A stretch of DNA of 64,000 nucleotides from Methanothrix sp. (GTDB taxonomy: Archaea; Halobacteriota; Methanosarcinia; Methanotrichales; Methanotrichaceae): assembly GCA_018052825.1 (NCBI GenBank), contig JAGPMN010000001.1:17232-81231 (forward strand). Reading direction: 5' to 3'. Each line of letters begins with the position of its first letter. Positions within the stretch are counted from its first letter, which is position 1. Below the pieces are notes generated by a model. The model was given only the letters and a program-made list of their open reading frames with translations. It was not told the origin of the DNA and made no database searches. The position numbers and the translations under genes were made by a program. This document shows positions 12,031-20,810 of the stretch, piece after piece.

Positions 12031-13194
12031 GTGAAATGCGATGTCCTGGTGGTGGGCGCTTCTGCTGCCGGCCTGATGGCAGCCGTCTCCGCGGCAAGAG
12101 AGGGCTGTGAAGTAATACTGACAGAGAGGGATCCTGTTGGAGAGGTTCACCCTGCCAATACCATCTTTGAAGGGATGGCCGGCGTCTGCGGCCTCAATGT
12201 GGAGGACTGCTGCATCAAAAATGAACTGGAGGGCATGAGCATCGTCAGCCCCTCCGGCAGCAGTGTGACAATCCCGGCGCGCGGCTACTTCCTGGACAGG
12301 CAGAAGCTGGACAGGCACTACAGCGATATTGCTCACGACATGGGAGTCAGGATCCTAGCGGCAGTCGCAAAGGAGATACTGCCGGCGATGAATGGCGGCA
12401 GATCTGTGCGCATGGGCGGGGGAGAGATATCAGCACGGGTGGTGGTGGACGCATCCGGGGTCTCCTCCGGCCTATCCCGCGCCGCAGGCCTTCTGCCCAT
12501 GCGCCACCCGGAGGACATCGCCTGGGCTGTGGAGGCGGATATAGAGCATCCGGGCATAGGCAACGAGCCGCTCTTCCAGTACTGGATCGGCAGCATGGCC
12601 CCGGGCTGGAAGGCCACGTTCTCCCCCGCAGGCGGGGACCGCGCCACTTTAGGGGTATTCGTGCGCGGCCACGGCATGGACGTCGAGCCGTTCTTCAATG
12701 CCTTTTTGAAGAGATTCAAGGCGGCCAGGTCGGGGCAGTACGAGAGGATAGAGGACCTGAGGGTTCTCTCCCTGCGACGGGGGGGCGATCCCATCTGCGT
12801 CATGCCCGGTCAGATTGTGGCAGATTCGCTCCTGGTCACAGGGGGTGCGGCCGGGCAGAGCGGACTCGCCTACGGCATGCGCTCCGGGGTCATATGCGGC
12901 ATGGCCGCAGCCAGGGCGGTGACGGCAGGGGATGTCTCCAAAAAGGGGCTCTCCTGGTACGAAAAGCAGTGGCGGCGCGAGTTCTACTGGCAGTACCGCA
13001 TGGGCAGGGCCTCGCTGCTGACGCTGGCCGGCATGAAGGACGCGGAGATCGACCGGCTGGTAGCAGGCCTCTCCGGCCAGAGGCTGGTCTGCAGCGGACC
13101 GCTCTTCTCCAAGGCAGCCTTCGCCGGAGCAGCCGTCGCCCGCCGCCGCCCCCGGACGCTGCTGGAGCTGGCGGCGAACCTGATGCGGGGATGA
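12031..13194 (+). CDS. FAD-dependent oxidoreductase, geranylgeranyl reductase family
   Basis: GTG 12031 gives MKCDVLVVGASAAGLMAAVSAAREG, a Rossmann GxGxxG motif. The track ORF (from 11728) has an implausible Arg/Gly-rich extension that overlaps the DUF1699 gene. Confidence 0.8.
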   Translation: MKCDVLVVGASAAGLMAAVSAAREGCEVILTERDPVGEVHPANTIFEGMAGVCGLNVEDCCIKNELEGMSIVSPSGSSVTIPARGYFLDRQKLDRHYSDIAHDMGVRILAAVAKEILPAMNGGRSVRMGGGEISARVVVDASGVSSGLSRAAGLLPMRHPEDIAWAVEADIEHPGIGNEPLFQYWIGSMAPGWKATFSPAGGDRATLGVFVRGHGMDVEPFFNAFLKRFKAARSGQYERIEDLRVLSLRRGGDPICVMPGQIVADSLLVTGGAAGQSGLAYGMRSGVICGMAAARAVTAGDVSKKGLSWYEKQWRREFYWQYRMGRASLLTLAGMKDAEIDRLVAGLSGQRLVCSGPLFSKAAFAGAAVARRRPRTLLELAANLMRG

Positions 13195-13233
13195 GGAAAA
13201 GTCCATTTATCTGAAAAAAGATAACCCAAGCCC

Positions 13234-13758
13234 ATGATCGAACTGTCCAGCGAGCCATTCGTACTCAAGCCCAGGAACACGCCCATGACTGAGGCCGACT
13301 TCCGGCTTCACCTCAACATCAACTGGTGCCGTGGCGTGCTTTTCAATGTCGTTGCCCTGAAAAACTCCATAGCCGTGGTGGAATACGATGCCCTGCTCTG
13401 GTCCGATGACAGCATCATGTTCATAGAATACAAGGATTCGGTTGCCGCCTACAAAGACCTCTCCTCCCGGAGGGTTCAGCAGATGAACAGCCTTGCCAAG
13501 AACATCTCCAGGGGCCTCGGCTACAAGAACTACACATTCATTGTTGTGGTAAAGGGGCTGGAGGAGGAAAGCAGCAAGGGAGGCGTCACCGTCCTGCCCC
13601 TATTTGAACTGGGCAGCTACCAGCCCGTATTCGTCTCCACAGTCACTGAGATGGAGTATCTCAACAAGCTCATAGCCAAATACTCTCGCGAGGGAGAGGT
13701 GGAGTTCGTAAAGGATCTGGACAAGCTCAGGAAGATATTCGAGATGGAGCAGTCATGA
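13234..13758 (+). CDS. Hypothetical protein with possible PD-(D/E)xK nuclease-like motif
   Basis: 174 aa. VVEYDALLWSDDSIMFIEYKDS is a D...ExK spacing like Hjc/restriction-endonuclease folds. The stop overlaps the shikimate kinase ATG (ATGA). Confidence 0.55.
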   Translation: MIELSSEPFVLKPRNTPMTEADFRLHLNINWCRGVLFNVVALKNSIAVVEYDALLWSDDSIMFIEYKDSVAAYKDLSSRRVQQMNSLAKNISRGLGYKNYTFIVVVKGLEEESSKGGVTVLPLFELGSYQPVFVSTVTEMEYLNKLIAKYSREGEVEFVKDLDKLRKIFEMEQS

Positions 13759-14666
13759 ACTGCCATGGCTATGCGCGGGCATATGGCGCAGCAACAGTCC
13801 TCAATGCCGTGGCCACATGGAAGGGTTCGGCCTTTGGAATCGAGCTGATAACCGAAGCGGAGGTGGATCTGAATGACTCAGGCGTAGTCAGGGGCGATGT
13901 CCCGGGAGTGGACAGCCGCCTCATCGAGCGCTGCGTGCAGATGGTGCTGGAGAGCTCCGGCAGCAGGGCTGGGGCTGTGGTGCGCACATCGAGCGAGATT
14001 CCAGTGGCCAGCGGCCTGAAGAGCAGCAGCGCCGCAGCCAATGCCGCTGTTCTCGCCGCCCTCGATGCCCTGGGCTGTGAAGATGGGGCGCAGCAACCGG
14101 CAGAGGGAGGCAGAGGAGCCGGATCCGCGGAAGAAGAGTGGCACCTGATCCAGGCCTCCAAAATAGGCGTGGCTGCGGCGAGGAGCGTGGGCGTGACCGT
14201 CACAGGCGCCCTGGACGATGCCCTGGCCTCAATGCTGGGCGGAGTGGTGGTGACGGACAACCGCAAGATGGAGCTGCTCAAAAGAGAGGATCTGCACTGC
14301 CATGTGATGCTTCTCATTCCCGGCAAAAAGCTCTTCTCTAGCGAGACAGATGTCCGCCGCTCCCGGGCCATAGCCCCGGCTGCAGAGGTGGCCTTCGATC
14401 TGGCCATGCGCGGCGACTACTTCCGTGCCATGACCATAAACGGCCTGGCCTACTGCGCAGCCCTGCGCCTATCCGCCGATCCCATAATCTCGGCGCTGGA
14501 GAGCGGTGCCAGAGGGGCCAGCCTCTCCGGAACCGGTCCGGCTTACGCCGCAGTCATAGACGAGGAGAGGATGGACGATCTGCAGGCCGCCTGGGAGCCT
14601 CTGGGCGGAAGAGTGATAAGAACCAGGGCGAATAACAGACGGGCATGCAGAGGCCGGGGGATTTGA
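13755..14666 (+). CDS. aroK: Shikimate kinase, archaeal GHMP-kinase type
   Basis: GHMP motif PVASGLKSSSAAANAAVLAAL. 303 aa. Followed by chorismate mutase. Confidence 0.85.
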   Translation: MNCHGYARAYGAATVLNAVATWKGSAFGIELITEAEVDLNDSGVVRGDVPGVDSRLIERCVQMVLESSGSRAGAVVRTSSEIPVASGLKSSSAAANAAVLAALDALGCEDGAQQPAEGGRGAGSAEEEWHLIQASKIGVAAARSVGVTVTGALDDALASMLGGVVVTDNRKMELLKREDLHCHVMLLIPGKKLFSSETDVRRSRAIAPAAEVAFDLAMRGDYFRAMTINGLAYCAALRLSADPIISALESGARGASLSGTGPAYAAVIDEERMDDLQAAWEPLGGRVIRTRANNRRACRGRGI

Positions 14667-14947
14667 TGGGGCTCTCAGAAAGCCGCCGCGAAATTGAGGA
14701 GATCGACAGGATGATCATAAAGCTCATAGACCAGCGCATCGACATCGTCAAGAGGATCTTCGAGGCCAAAAGGGCAGAGGGCAGGCCCATCAGAGATCCG
14801 GAGAGGGAGGAGCAGGTCCTGAATCAGGCCATGGACCTGGCCGCTGAGCTGAACCTTGACGCCGGCGCGATAAAGAACATATTCGAGATCCTGATCATGA
14901 TGAGCCTGTCCAAGCAGCAAGAGCTGCAGGGGAGAAATCAGGGGTAA
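14666..14947 (+). CDS. Chorismate mutase (AroQ class)
   Basis: [55 protein letters not shown] 14666 overlaps the aroK stop (TGATG). An alternative ATG lies at 14645. Confidence 0.85.
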   Translation: MGLSESRREIEEIDRMIIKLIDQRIDIVKRIFEAKRAEGRPIRDPEREEQVLNQAMDLAAELNLDAGAIKNIFEILIMMSLSKQQELQGRNQG

Positions 14948-14952
14948 TCGCC

Positions 14953-15342
14953 GTGGTCGATATCGCAGTCGTCTCGGGGTCGAAGTCCGATCAGGCAATA
15001 GTGGACAGGGTTGCAGGCAAGCTGGCGGAGAGGGGCGCCTCCTTCGAGCATAAGATCCTCTCCGCCCACAGAAATCCGGCGGAGCTGGAGGAGTATGTCA
15101 GGAATACCGAAGCCAGAGTCTTCATTGCCATCGCCGGCCTCTCCGCGGCCCTTCCTGGAGCCATCGCCTCAAAAACGGCGCGTCCGGTCATAGGAGTGCC
15201 GGTCAGTGCCAAGCTCGGCGGCCTGGACGCACTTTTATCAATTGTTCAGATGCCGCCGGGAGTCCCTGTGGCCTGCGTTGGCATCGATAATGGGGAGAAT
15301 GCTGCACTGCTGGCACTGAGAATTCTCGAATCGGGAAGATAG
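14953..15342 (+). CDS. purE: PurE-family N5-CAIR mutase / AIR carboxylase (short, 129 aa)
   Basis: AVVSGSKSD...SAHRNP...[22 protein letters not shown]...[15 protein letters not shown] start. Confidence 0.85.
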   Translation: MVDIAVVSGSKSDQAIVDRVAGKLAERGASFEHKILSAHRNPAELEEYVRNTEARVFIAIAGLSAALPGAIASKTARPVIGVPVSAKLGGLDALLSIVQMPPGVPVACVGIDNGENAALLALRILESGR

Positions 15343-15389
15343 CTATTTATACAATGTCTGTGAGATAAACCCAGCATAGGTGGGATAGG

Positions 15390-15821
15390 ATGTACAAGCG
15401 GATACTGATCGCTACAGATGGCTCCGACAAGTCCAAGAAGGCCGCTCAGGAGGGCTTAGAGCTCGCTAAGGCACTCGGTGCACAGGTTATTGCGCTGAAT
15501 GTAGTAAATGAGGTTGTCATCGCCAGCGCTGTAAGGCAGCTCGGCTCCGATAGAAAGGAGGTTGAGGAAAAGCTCAAGGTTGCAGGCGCAAAGGCAGTTG
15601 ATGATCTGAAGGCCATGGGTGCCAAGATGGGCGTCACTGTTGATACAATCGTCAGGATTGGTGCTCCCGCAAATACAGTTATCGATGTGGCCGGTGCAGA
15701 GAAGGCAGACCTGATTGTCATGGGAAGCCATGGTGAGTCCGGTGCCTCAAAGCTGCTCATCGGCAGCGTCGTGCAGAAGGTACTATACTGGGCAACTGTC
15801 CCTGTTCTGGTAGTGAGATGA
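15390..15821 (+). CDS. Universal stress protein (UspA family)
   Basis: ILIATDGSDKSKKAAQ...DLIVMGSHGESGASKLLIGSVVQKVL. Confidence 0.85.
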   Translation: MYKRILIATDGSDKSKKAAQEGLELAKALGAQVIALNVVNEVVIASAVRQLGSDRKEVEEKLKVAGAKAVDDLKAMGAKMGVTVDTIVRIGAPANTVIDVAGAEKADLIVMGSHGESGASKLLIGSVVQKVLYWATVPVLVVR

Positions 15822-15825
15822 GAAT

Positions 15826-15936
15826 ATGGAAGAATTCGTCTTTGCTGAGTCCCTGATCTACTCTTCATTCGCAATAGTATTCGTGCTTAGTGTGATCCTC
15901 GGCTTCCTAGTGATCAGCCTGATCGGATCCAGCTGA
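15826..15936 (+). CDS. Possible 36-aa single-pass membrane peptide
   Basis: MEEFVFAESLIYSSFAIVFVLSVILGFLVISLIGSS starts 5 nt after the usp stop. It is below the track cut-off and has no homology support. Confidence 0.25.
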   Translation: MEEFVFAESLIYSSFAIVFVLSVILGFLVISLIGSS

Positions 15937-15950
15937 ATTGCTAAAAAAAG

Positions 15951-15965
15951 GCCGGAGCATCCGGC
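15951..15965. terminator. Bidirectional terminator-like hairpin between convergent genes
   Basis: GCCGGA-gca-TCCGGC, flanked by AAAAAAA on the left and TTTTTATT on the right. Confidence 0.4.
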
Positions 15966-15981
15966 TACATTCCTATTTTTA

Positions 15982-17031
15982 TTACTTAAAGTATCTTCCT
16001 GCCGTCTCCAGGCACCTGGCCACCAGGTCCGCCGCCTTATCTATGTCTCTCAGGGAGAGAACCTCTACTGGCGAGTGGATGTAGCGGGTGGCCACGCTGA
16101 TTACGCCTGTGGGAATTCCTGATTTGGTCAGGTATATGGCTGTGGCATCGGTAGTTCCGCCGTCCGAGGCCTCCAGTTGCACGGGTATCTGAAACTCACG
16201 GGCTGTTCCTGCTATCCATTCGATGACCTGCGGCGTGGCGATTATGCCCCGCCCGGAGGCATCGGCCATCACCACTACCGGACCCTTGCCCATCTCAATG
16301 GGCGCGTCCTTCTTCTCTATGCCCGGATGGTCGCCGGGTATGGTCACGTCTGCGGCTATGGCCACGTCCGGCTCCAGGCCGAAGGCGGCGACCCTGGCTC
16401 CCTTCAGCCCGACCTCCTCCTGCACTGTGGCCACGGCGTAGATGGCGGACTTGGATTTGGTCCTCTTCAGGGCCTCTATCACGGCCACCAGACCTGCCCG
16501 GTTGTCGAAGGCCTTGCCTGTCACCCTGTCACCCTGCAGCGTGGCGAATGTCCTGTCGATGGAAACAGGCGTTCCGACCAGGATGCCCAGATCCTCCGCC
16601 TCCTTCTGGCTCGTGCAGCCGATGTCTATGAACATATCCTTGCCTTCGATGACCTTCTTTCTCTCCTCCTCCTTCATGACATGAGGCGGCTTGCAGCCTA
16701 TGACGCCGGTCACGGGCCCGGATCTGGTGTGAATGATGACCCTCTGATTGAGAAGCGTCTGGTCAAACCATCCTCCGATGCGAATGAAGCGCAAAAAGCC
16801 CTTCTCATCCACCTGCTTTACCATGAGGCCGATCTCGTCTGCATGGGCCTCGATCATAATGGAGGGCCGCTCTCCATTTCTCACGGCTATGAGATTGCCA
16901 AGGCGGTCGATCCGCACCTCATCCACATACGGGGCAATCTCCCGGCTCACTATCTCCTGCACAGATCCTTCCCATCCGGATATGCCGTGCGCATTGGACA
17001 GTTTTTCCAGTAATGACTTTATGTCGCTCAT
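15982..17031 (-). CDS. M42-family metallo-aminopeptidase (TET/FrvX-like)
   Basis: 349 aa. ...IMIEAHADEIGLMV...GKAFDNRAGL...VQEEVGLKGA...ATRYIHSP. Confidence 0.85.
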   Translation of the reverse strand: MSDIKSLLEKLSNAHGISGWEGSVQEIVSREIAPYVDEVRIDRLGNLIAVRNGERPSIMIEAHADEIGLMVKQVDEKGFLRFIRIGGWFDQTLLNQRVIIHTRSGPVTGVIGCKPPHVMKEEERKKVIEGKDMFIDIGCTSQKEAEDLGILVGTPVSIDRTFATLQGDRVTGKAFDNRAGLVAVIEALKRTKSKSAIYAVATVQEEVGLKGARVAAFGLEPDVAIAADVTIPGDHPGIEKKDAPIEMGKGPVVVMADASGRGIIATPQVIEWIAGTAREFQIPVQLEASDGGTTDATAIYLTKSGIPTGVISVATRYIHSPVEVLSLRDIDKAADLVARCLETAGRYFK

Positions 17032-17049
17032 TTGATCATCTCTGATTTG

Positions 17050-18606
17050 CTAGGCGATCCTCATCCTCGCCCCTTCGTTTCGAGCGCAGGTGATGAGAAC
17101 CTCTCCGCCAACATCGCTCATGGCCTGGCGTGCTGCAGCCTCTATATCCCTGCATTGCGAATCCGCTATCGCGTAAACCGTCGGCCCGAAGGAGGAGAGG
17201 CCTGAGCAGGCTGCTCCCGCCTCCTTCATCTGCTCCATCAGACGGTGCACTACAGGATGCTGCAGCATTACTTCAATCTTCTTAAAACCGATCTCCTGAA
17301 TCCTGTTTACCGCCGCCCCGAAGTCGTCCAGGCTCTCCTCCACAATGGAAGGCACCATGCGCACCAGTATCTGATAGCACAGCTCATGCACCTCTGACGC
17401 CGGCAGAGGGCAGAACTTCTGGAATATATCGACCTCCTTTTTCCCATGAGCGCCCGGGGGGACGTCTGGCAGCGCCAGGATGATCTTCCAGTCCCTGGGA
17501 AACTCGTGGCGCACAATTACCGGTGCGGGGCGCACTCCGCTGCATGCGGAGGAGGGCGAAAAGCTCATCTTTTCCTTTCCGGGCCCAAAGCTGTGCCCTC
17601 CGTCGATGACAAAGCCTCCTGCCTCAAACGCAGCCGTGCCGATTCCGCTGGTCCCGCCACGGTGGATGATGCGGGCGATCTCGCGGGCGGAAATGGGCCG
17701 CTCGTACAGCTCGCAGAGGGCCTTTCCTGCTGCTATGCCCATCTGCGTTCCCCCCCCGAGGCCCACATGTAATCTGTAGCCGCTGCGTATGGTAAGTTGT
17801 GCCCCGCCCAGCTTCAGATGCTCCTGCACCGCCCGTGCGGCTGCCAGCGCCCGGTCTGCGTTATCGCCCACAGCGGAAAGCTCATCGGCCCTCTCCGCCT
17901 CCAGCAGGATGTTCGGCTCCTCCAGCGAGATGCCCACACCCCCATCCACTCTGCCGCAGCTGCCGGTCATGTCTGTCAGGGTCAGATGCAGACGGGAGGG
18001 CGTCTGAATCAATATCCTCTTTTCGTCCATGAAGCTGCTGTAGGGAAATGTCTCGCGGATCGAGATGAGCGGCTGGCCGTGGCGAATTATCCTGTAGCTT
18101 CTGCTGAGCATGATCTCTCGAGGAAATACCCCGAAAGCCCGGCAGTGCTCCTGACCGGCTGGCAGAAAGGATGCGCCGGTTATGTCCCGCCGCGATTCTA
18201 TGCCGTGCTTTTTCAAAATAACCCCAATGGGAATGTCTGCACGGGTCAGATCATCCTTGATGCCGGCTTCCAGGCGGCTTAAAGGTGTATTGGATACGGC
18301 GTAGATCAGAGCCTCCCTGCTGCCAGATTTTTTCAGCACCACGACTCTGTAGTTGACGGGCTCGCCCGGATTTATTGCCAGCTCTTCTGCCACCCCACCA
18401 TCTGCCGGCACTACCCTCTGCTCCAAAGTCTCAATCTCGATTGGGTTATTGGTGACAACTTCCAGCAGGTTTGTCACAGATCCGTCCGTCCCGATGAGCA
18501 TCTTCTGCACGGGACTGAGCCTGCCCAGGTCCGCTTCCAGTTTCATTATCACTTCAGCCGGCGTGAGTGCCGGGGCCGGCGGAGGATGCGGTGATATCCG
18601 ATCCAT
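17050..18606 (-). CDS. mptG: Beta-ribofuranosylaminobenzene 5'-phosphate (RFAP) synthase fused to an N-terminal chorismate-lyase-like (DUF98) domain
   Basis: The C-terminal roughly 325 aa (ILIQTPSRLHLTLTDMTGSCGRVDGGVGISLEEP...) have a GHMP-like RFAP synthase signature. The N-terminal roughly 190 aa (SPVQKMLIGTDGSVTNLLE...RSYRIIRHGQPLISIRETFP) resemble UbiC/DUF98. Confidence 0.75.
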   Translation of the reverse strand: MDRISPHPPPAPALTPAEVIMKLEADLGRLSPVQKMLIGTDGSVTNLLEVVTNNPIEIETLEQRVVPADGGVAEELAINPGEPVNYRVVVLKKSGSREALIYAVSNTPLSRLEAGIKDDLTRADIPIGVILKKHGIESRRDITGASFLPAGQEHCRAFGVFPREIMLSRSYRIIRHGQPLISIRETFPYSSFMDEKRILIQTPSRLHLTLTDMTGSCGRVDGGVGISLEEPNILLEAERADELSAVGDNADRALAAARAVQEHLKLGGAQLTIRSGYRLHVGLGGGTQMGIAAGKALCELYERPISAREIARIIHRGGTSGIGTAAFEAGGFVIDGGHSFGPGKEKMSFSPSSACSGVRPAPVIVRHEFPRDWKIILALPDVPPGAHGKKEVDIFQKFCPLPASEVHELCYQILVRMVPSIVEESLDDFGAAVNRIQEIGFKKIEVMLQHPVVHRLMEQMKEAGAACSGLSSFGPTVYAIADSQCRDIEAAARQAMSDVGGEVLITCARNEGARMRIA

Positions 18607-18678
18607 AAAAATAAATCCTCCTGCTGGAATATAGCTTTGCCCCTTCCCTGAGGATTTGATCAGGAGGAATTGAGAACT

Positions 18679-19950
18679 ATGACTTCCAGGATATCAGGAT
18701 TCTATAAACTTGCCCCTGCAGACAGGCTCTCTGCCGCGGCCGAGCGGGCGGATTTAGGCCCAGAGGATATCTCTCAGCTAAAGGCAGGCCTGTCATTGGA
18801 GCAGGCGGACAAGATGGTTGAAAATGTGGTGGGAATGTTTCAGGTGCCGCTTGGCATTGCCACCAACTTCATCATCGACGGGCGGGAGGTGCTCATACCC
18901 ATGGCCACAGAAGAGCCCTCCGTCATCGCCGCCGCCAGCAACGGAGCCAGGATGGCCCGCGAGGCAGGCGGTTTTTTCACATCGAGCACCGGCCCGGTCA
19001 TGCGCGCCCAGATCCAGGCCACAGGCATATCCGATCCATTCGCAGCCAGGCAGGCCATACTGCTACACAAGGAGGAGCTGATAGGTATGGCCAATGAGAG
19101 GGACCCAATGCTGGTGAAATTTGGGGGTGGGGTCAAGGATATCGAGGTCTATGTCGTGGACTGCCGGCTGGGGCCGATGGTTGTCACCCATCTCATAGTG
19201 GACTGCCGGGATGCCATGGGAGCCAATACGGTCAATACCATGGCCGAGTCTCTGGCGCCCAGAATAGAGCAGATCACAGGGGGGCGGGTATACCTGCGCA
19301 TCGTCTCCAACCTGGCAGACCTGAGGCTGGCCAGGGCGAGAGCGGTCTTCAAGGCTGAGGCCATAGGCGGGCACGAGGTGGTGGACGGGATAATGCTCGC
19401 GGCGGAGCTGGCCCAGGTAGATCCCTATCGGGCGGCAACCCACAACAAGGGCATCATGAACGGGGTGACTGCCGTGGTGCTGGCCACAGGAAACGACACC
19501 CGTGCCGTAGAGGCTGGGGCGCATGCCTATGCATCTCAGCACGGCTGCTACAGATCCCTGACCTGCTACGAGAAGAACAGGGATGGCGATTTGGTGGCAA
19601 GCATCGAGATGCCCGCGGCTGTGGGGCTGGTGGGCGGGGCGACGAGGGTGCATCCCGTGGCCAGGACGGCAATCAAGATCCTGGGTGTCAAGAGCGCCGA
19701 TGATCTCTCCCGCATCATAGCTGCGGTGGGCCTCTGCCAGAATTTCGCTGCCCTGCGCGCCCTGGCCTCAGAGGGAATTCAGAGGGGGCATATGTCGCTT
19801 CATGCCAGAAATGTGGCTGTGCAGGCGGGGGCCAGGTGCGACATGATAGAGGTCATCGCTGCCCGCATGGCTGCAGAGAGGAGGATCAGCGTGGACCGGG
19901 CTCAGGAGCTGCTGGATGAGCTGAATAAGAAATCTCAGGAGAATGCTTGA
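18679..19950 (+). CDS. hmgA: HMG-CoA reductase, class II-like
   Basis: ENVVGMFQVPLGIATNFIIDGREVLIPMATEEPSVIAAASNGARMA and DAMGANTVNTMAE. ATG 18679 lies 11 nt after AGGAGG. The track starts at TTG 18670. Confidence 0.85.
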   Translation: MTSRISGFYKLAPADRLSAAAERADLGPEDISQLKAGLSLEQADKMVENVVGMFQVPLGIATNFIIDGREVLIPMATEEPSVIAAASNGARMAREAGGFFTSSTGPVMRAQIQATGISDPFAARQAILLHKEELIGMANERDPMLVKFGGGVKDIEVYVVDCRLGPMVVTHLIVDCRDAMGANTVNTMAESLAPRIEQITGGRVYLRIVSNLADLRLARARAVFKAEAIGGHEVVDGIMLAAELAQVDPYRAATHNKGIMNGVTAVVLATGNDTRAVEAGAHAYASQHGCYRSLTCYEKNRDGDLVASIEMPAAVGLVGGATRVHPVARTAIKILGVKSADDLSRIIAAVGLCQNFAALRALASEGIQRGHMSLHARNVAVQAGARCDMIEVIAARMAAERRISVDRAQELLDELNKKSQENA

Positions 19951-20762
19951 GCCAGAGCATAGGGGCCCTGGGGCCGGAGGGAAGCTACTCAGAGAAGGCA
20001 GCCCTGCTCTGGGCAGCAGGAAAGCCGAACACAAATCTGGTCTACTTCAAGGATTTTGAGGGAGTGCTGGAGGCGGCTGCAAGCGGCAGCATCGATGCCG
20101 GCGTGGTTCCAGTGGAAAACAGCCTGGAGGGGGCGGTAGCTCTGGTTATGGATCTGCTCCTAAGGCTCGATGTGGTGATCATAGGGGAGGTCAATGTCCC
20201 CATCAGGCACTGCCTTGTGGGCAGGGGCAACGGGGAGGTCAAGGTCATCCTCTCCCATCCCCAGGCGCTGGCCCAGTGCCGCCGCTTCCTGCGAGAGAGG
20301 TATCCCGAGGCGGAGATCAGGACCACAGGCTCCACCAGCCATGCCGCCCGGCTGGCCCAGGAGTTTTCTGAGATGGCAGCCATCGCAGGAGCCGATACAG
20401 CGGAAAAGTACGGCCTGAAGATGCTGGCCCGGGATATTCAGGACGAAAAGGAGAATGTCACTCGCTTCATTGTGGCCGCAAAGGCGAGAGCAAAGCGGAC
20501 TGGCAGGGACAAGACATCTCTGATAGTATACCTTGACAGAGACCGGCCTGGGGCGCTCTATTCCATTCTGCAGGAGTTTGCTTGCAGGCAGATCAACCTG
20601 ACCCGCATCGAGTCCCGCCCCAGCCGGAAGGGCCTCGGAGACTACTACTTCTACATCGACCTGGAGGGGCATGTGGATGACAGTGCTGTGGGTGAGGCGA
20701 TCGCCGCCGTCAAAGAGAAGGCAGCTGTCGTGCGGGTGCTTGGCTCCTATCCCAGAGCATGA
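19947..20762 (+). CDS. pheA: Prephenate dehydratase with ACT domain
   Basis: GPEGSYSE...TRFIV...ESRPSRKGLGDYYFYIDLEGH. The TTG start overlaps the hmgA stop. Confidence 0.85.
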   Translation: MSQSIGALGPEGSYSEKAALLWAAGKPNTNLVYFKDFEGVLEAAASGSIDAGVVPVENSLEGAVALVMDLLLRLDVVIIGEVNVPIRHCLVGRGNGEVKVILSHPQALAQCRRFLRERYPEAEIRTTGSTSHAARLAQEFSEMAAIAGADTAEKYGLKMLARDIQDEKENVTRFIVAAKARAKRTGRDKTSLIVYLDRDRPGALYSILQEFACRQINLTRIESRPSRKGLGDYYFYIDLEGHVDDSAVGEAIAAVKEKAAVVRVLGSYPRA

Positions 20763-20810
20763 CTACCCCTGGTTTTAAATAGGAGCCATTCTCTTAGTGG
20801 GAAGCATCTG

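Noticed and set aside
16177-17013. 278-aa plus-strand ORF antisense to the M42 peptidase gene
   Set aside because: It is a shadow ORF with a His/Gly/Leu-rich translation and no recognisable domain.
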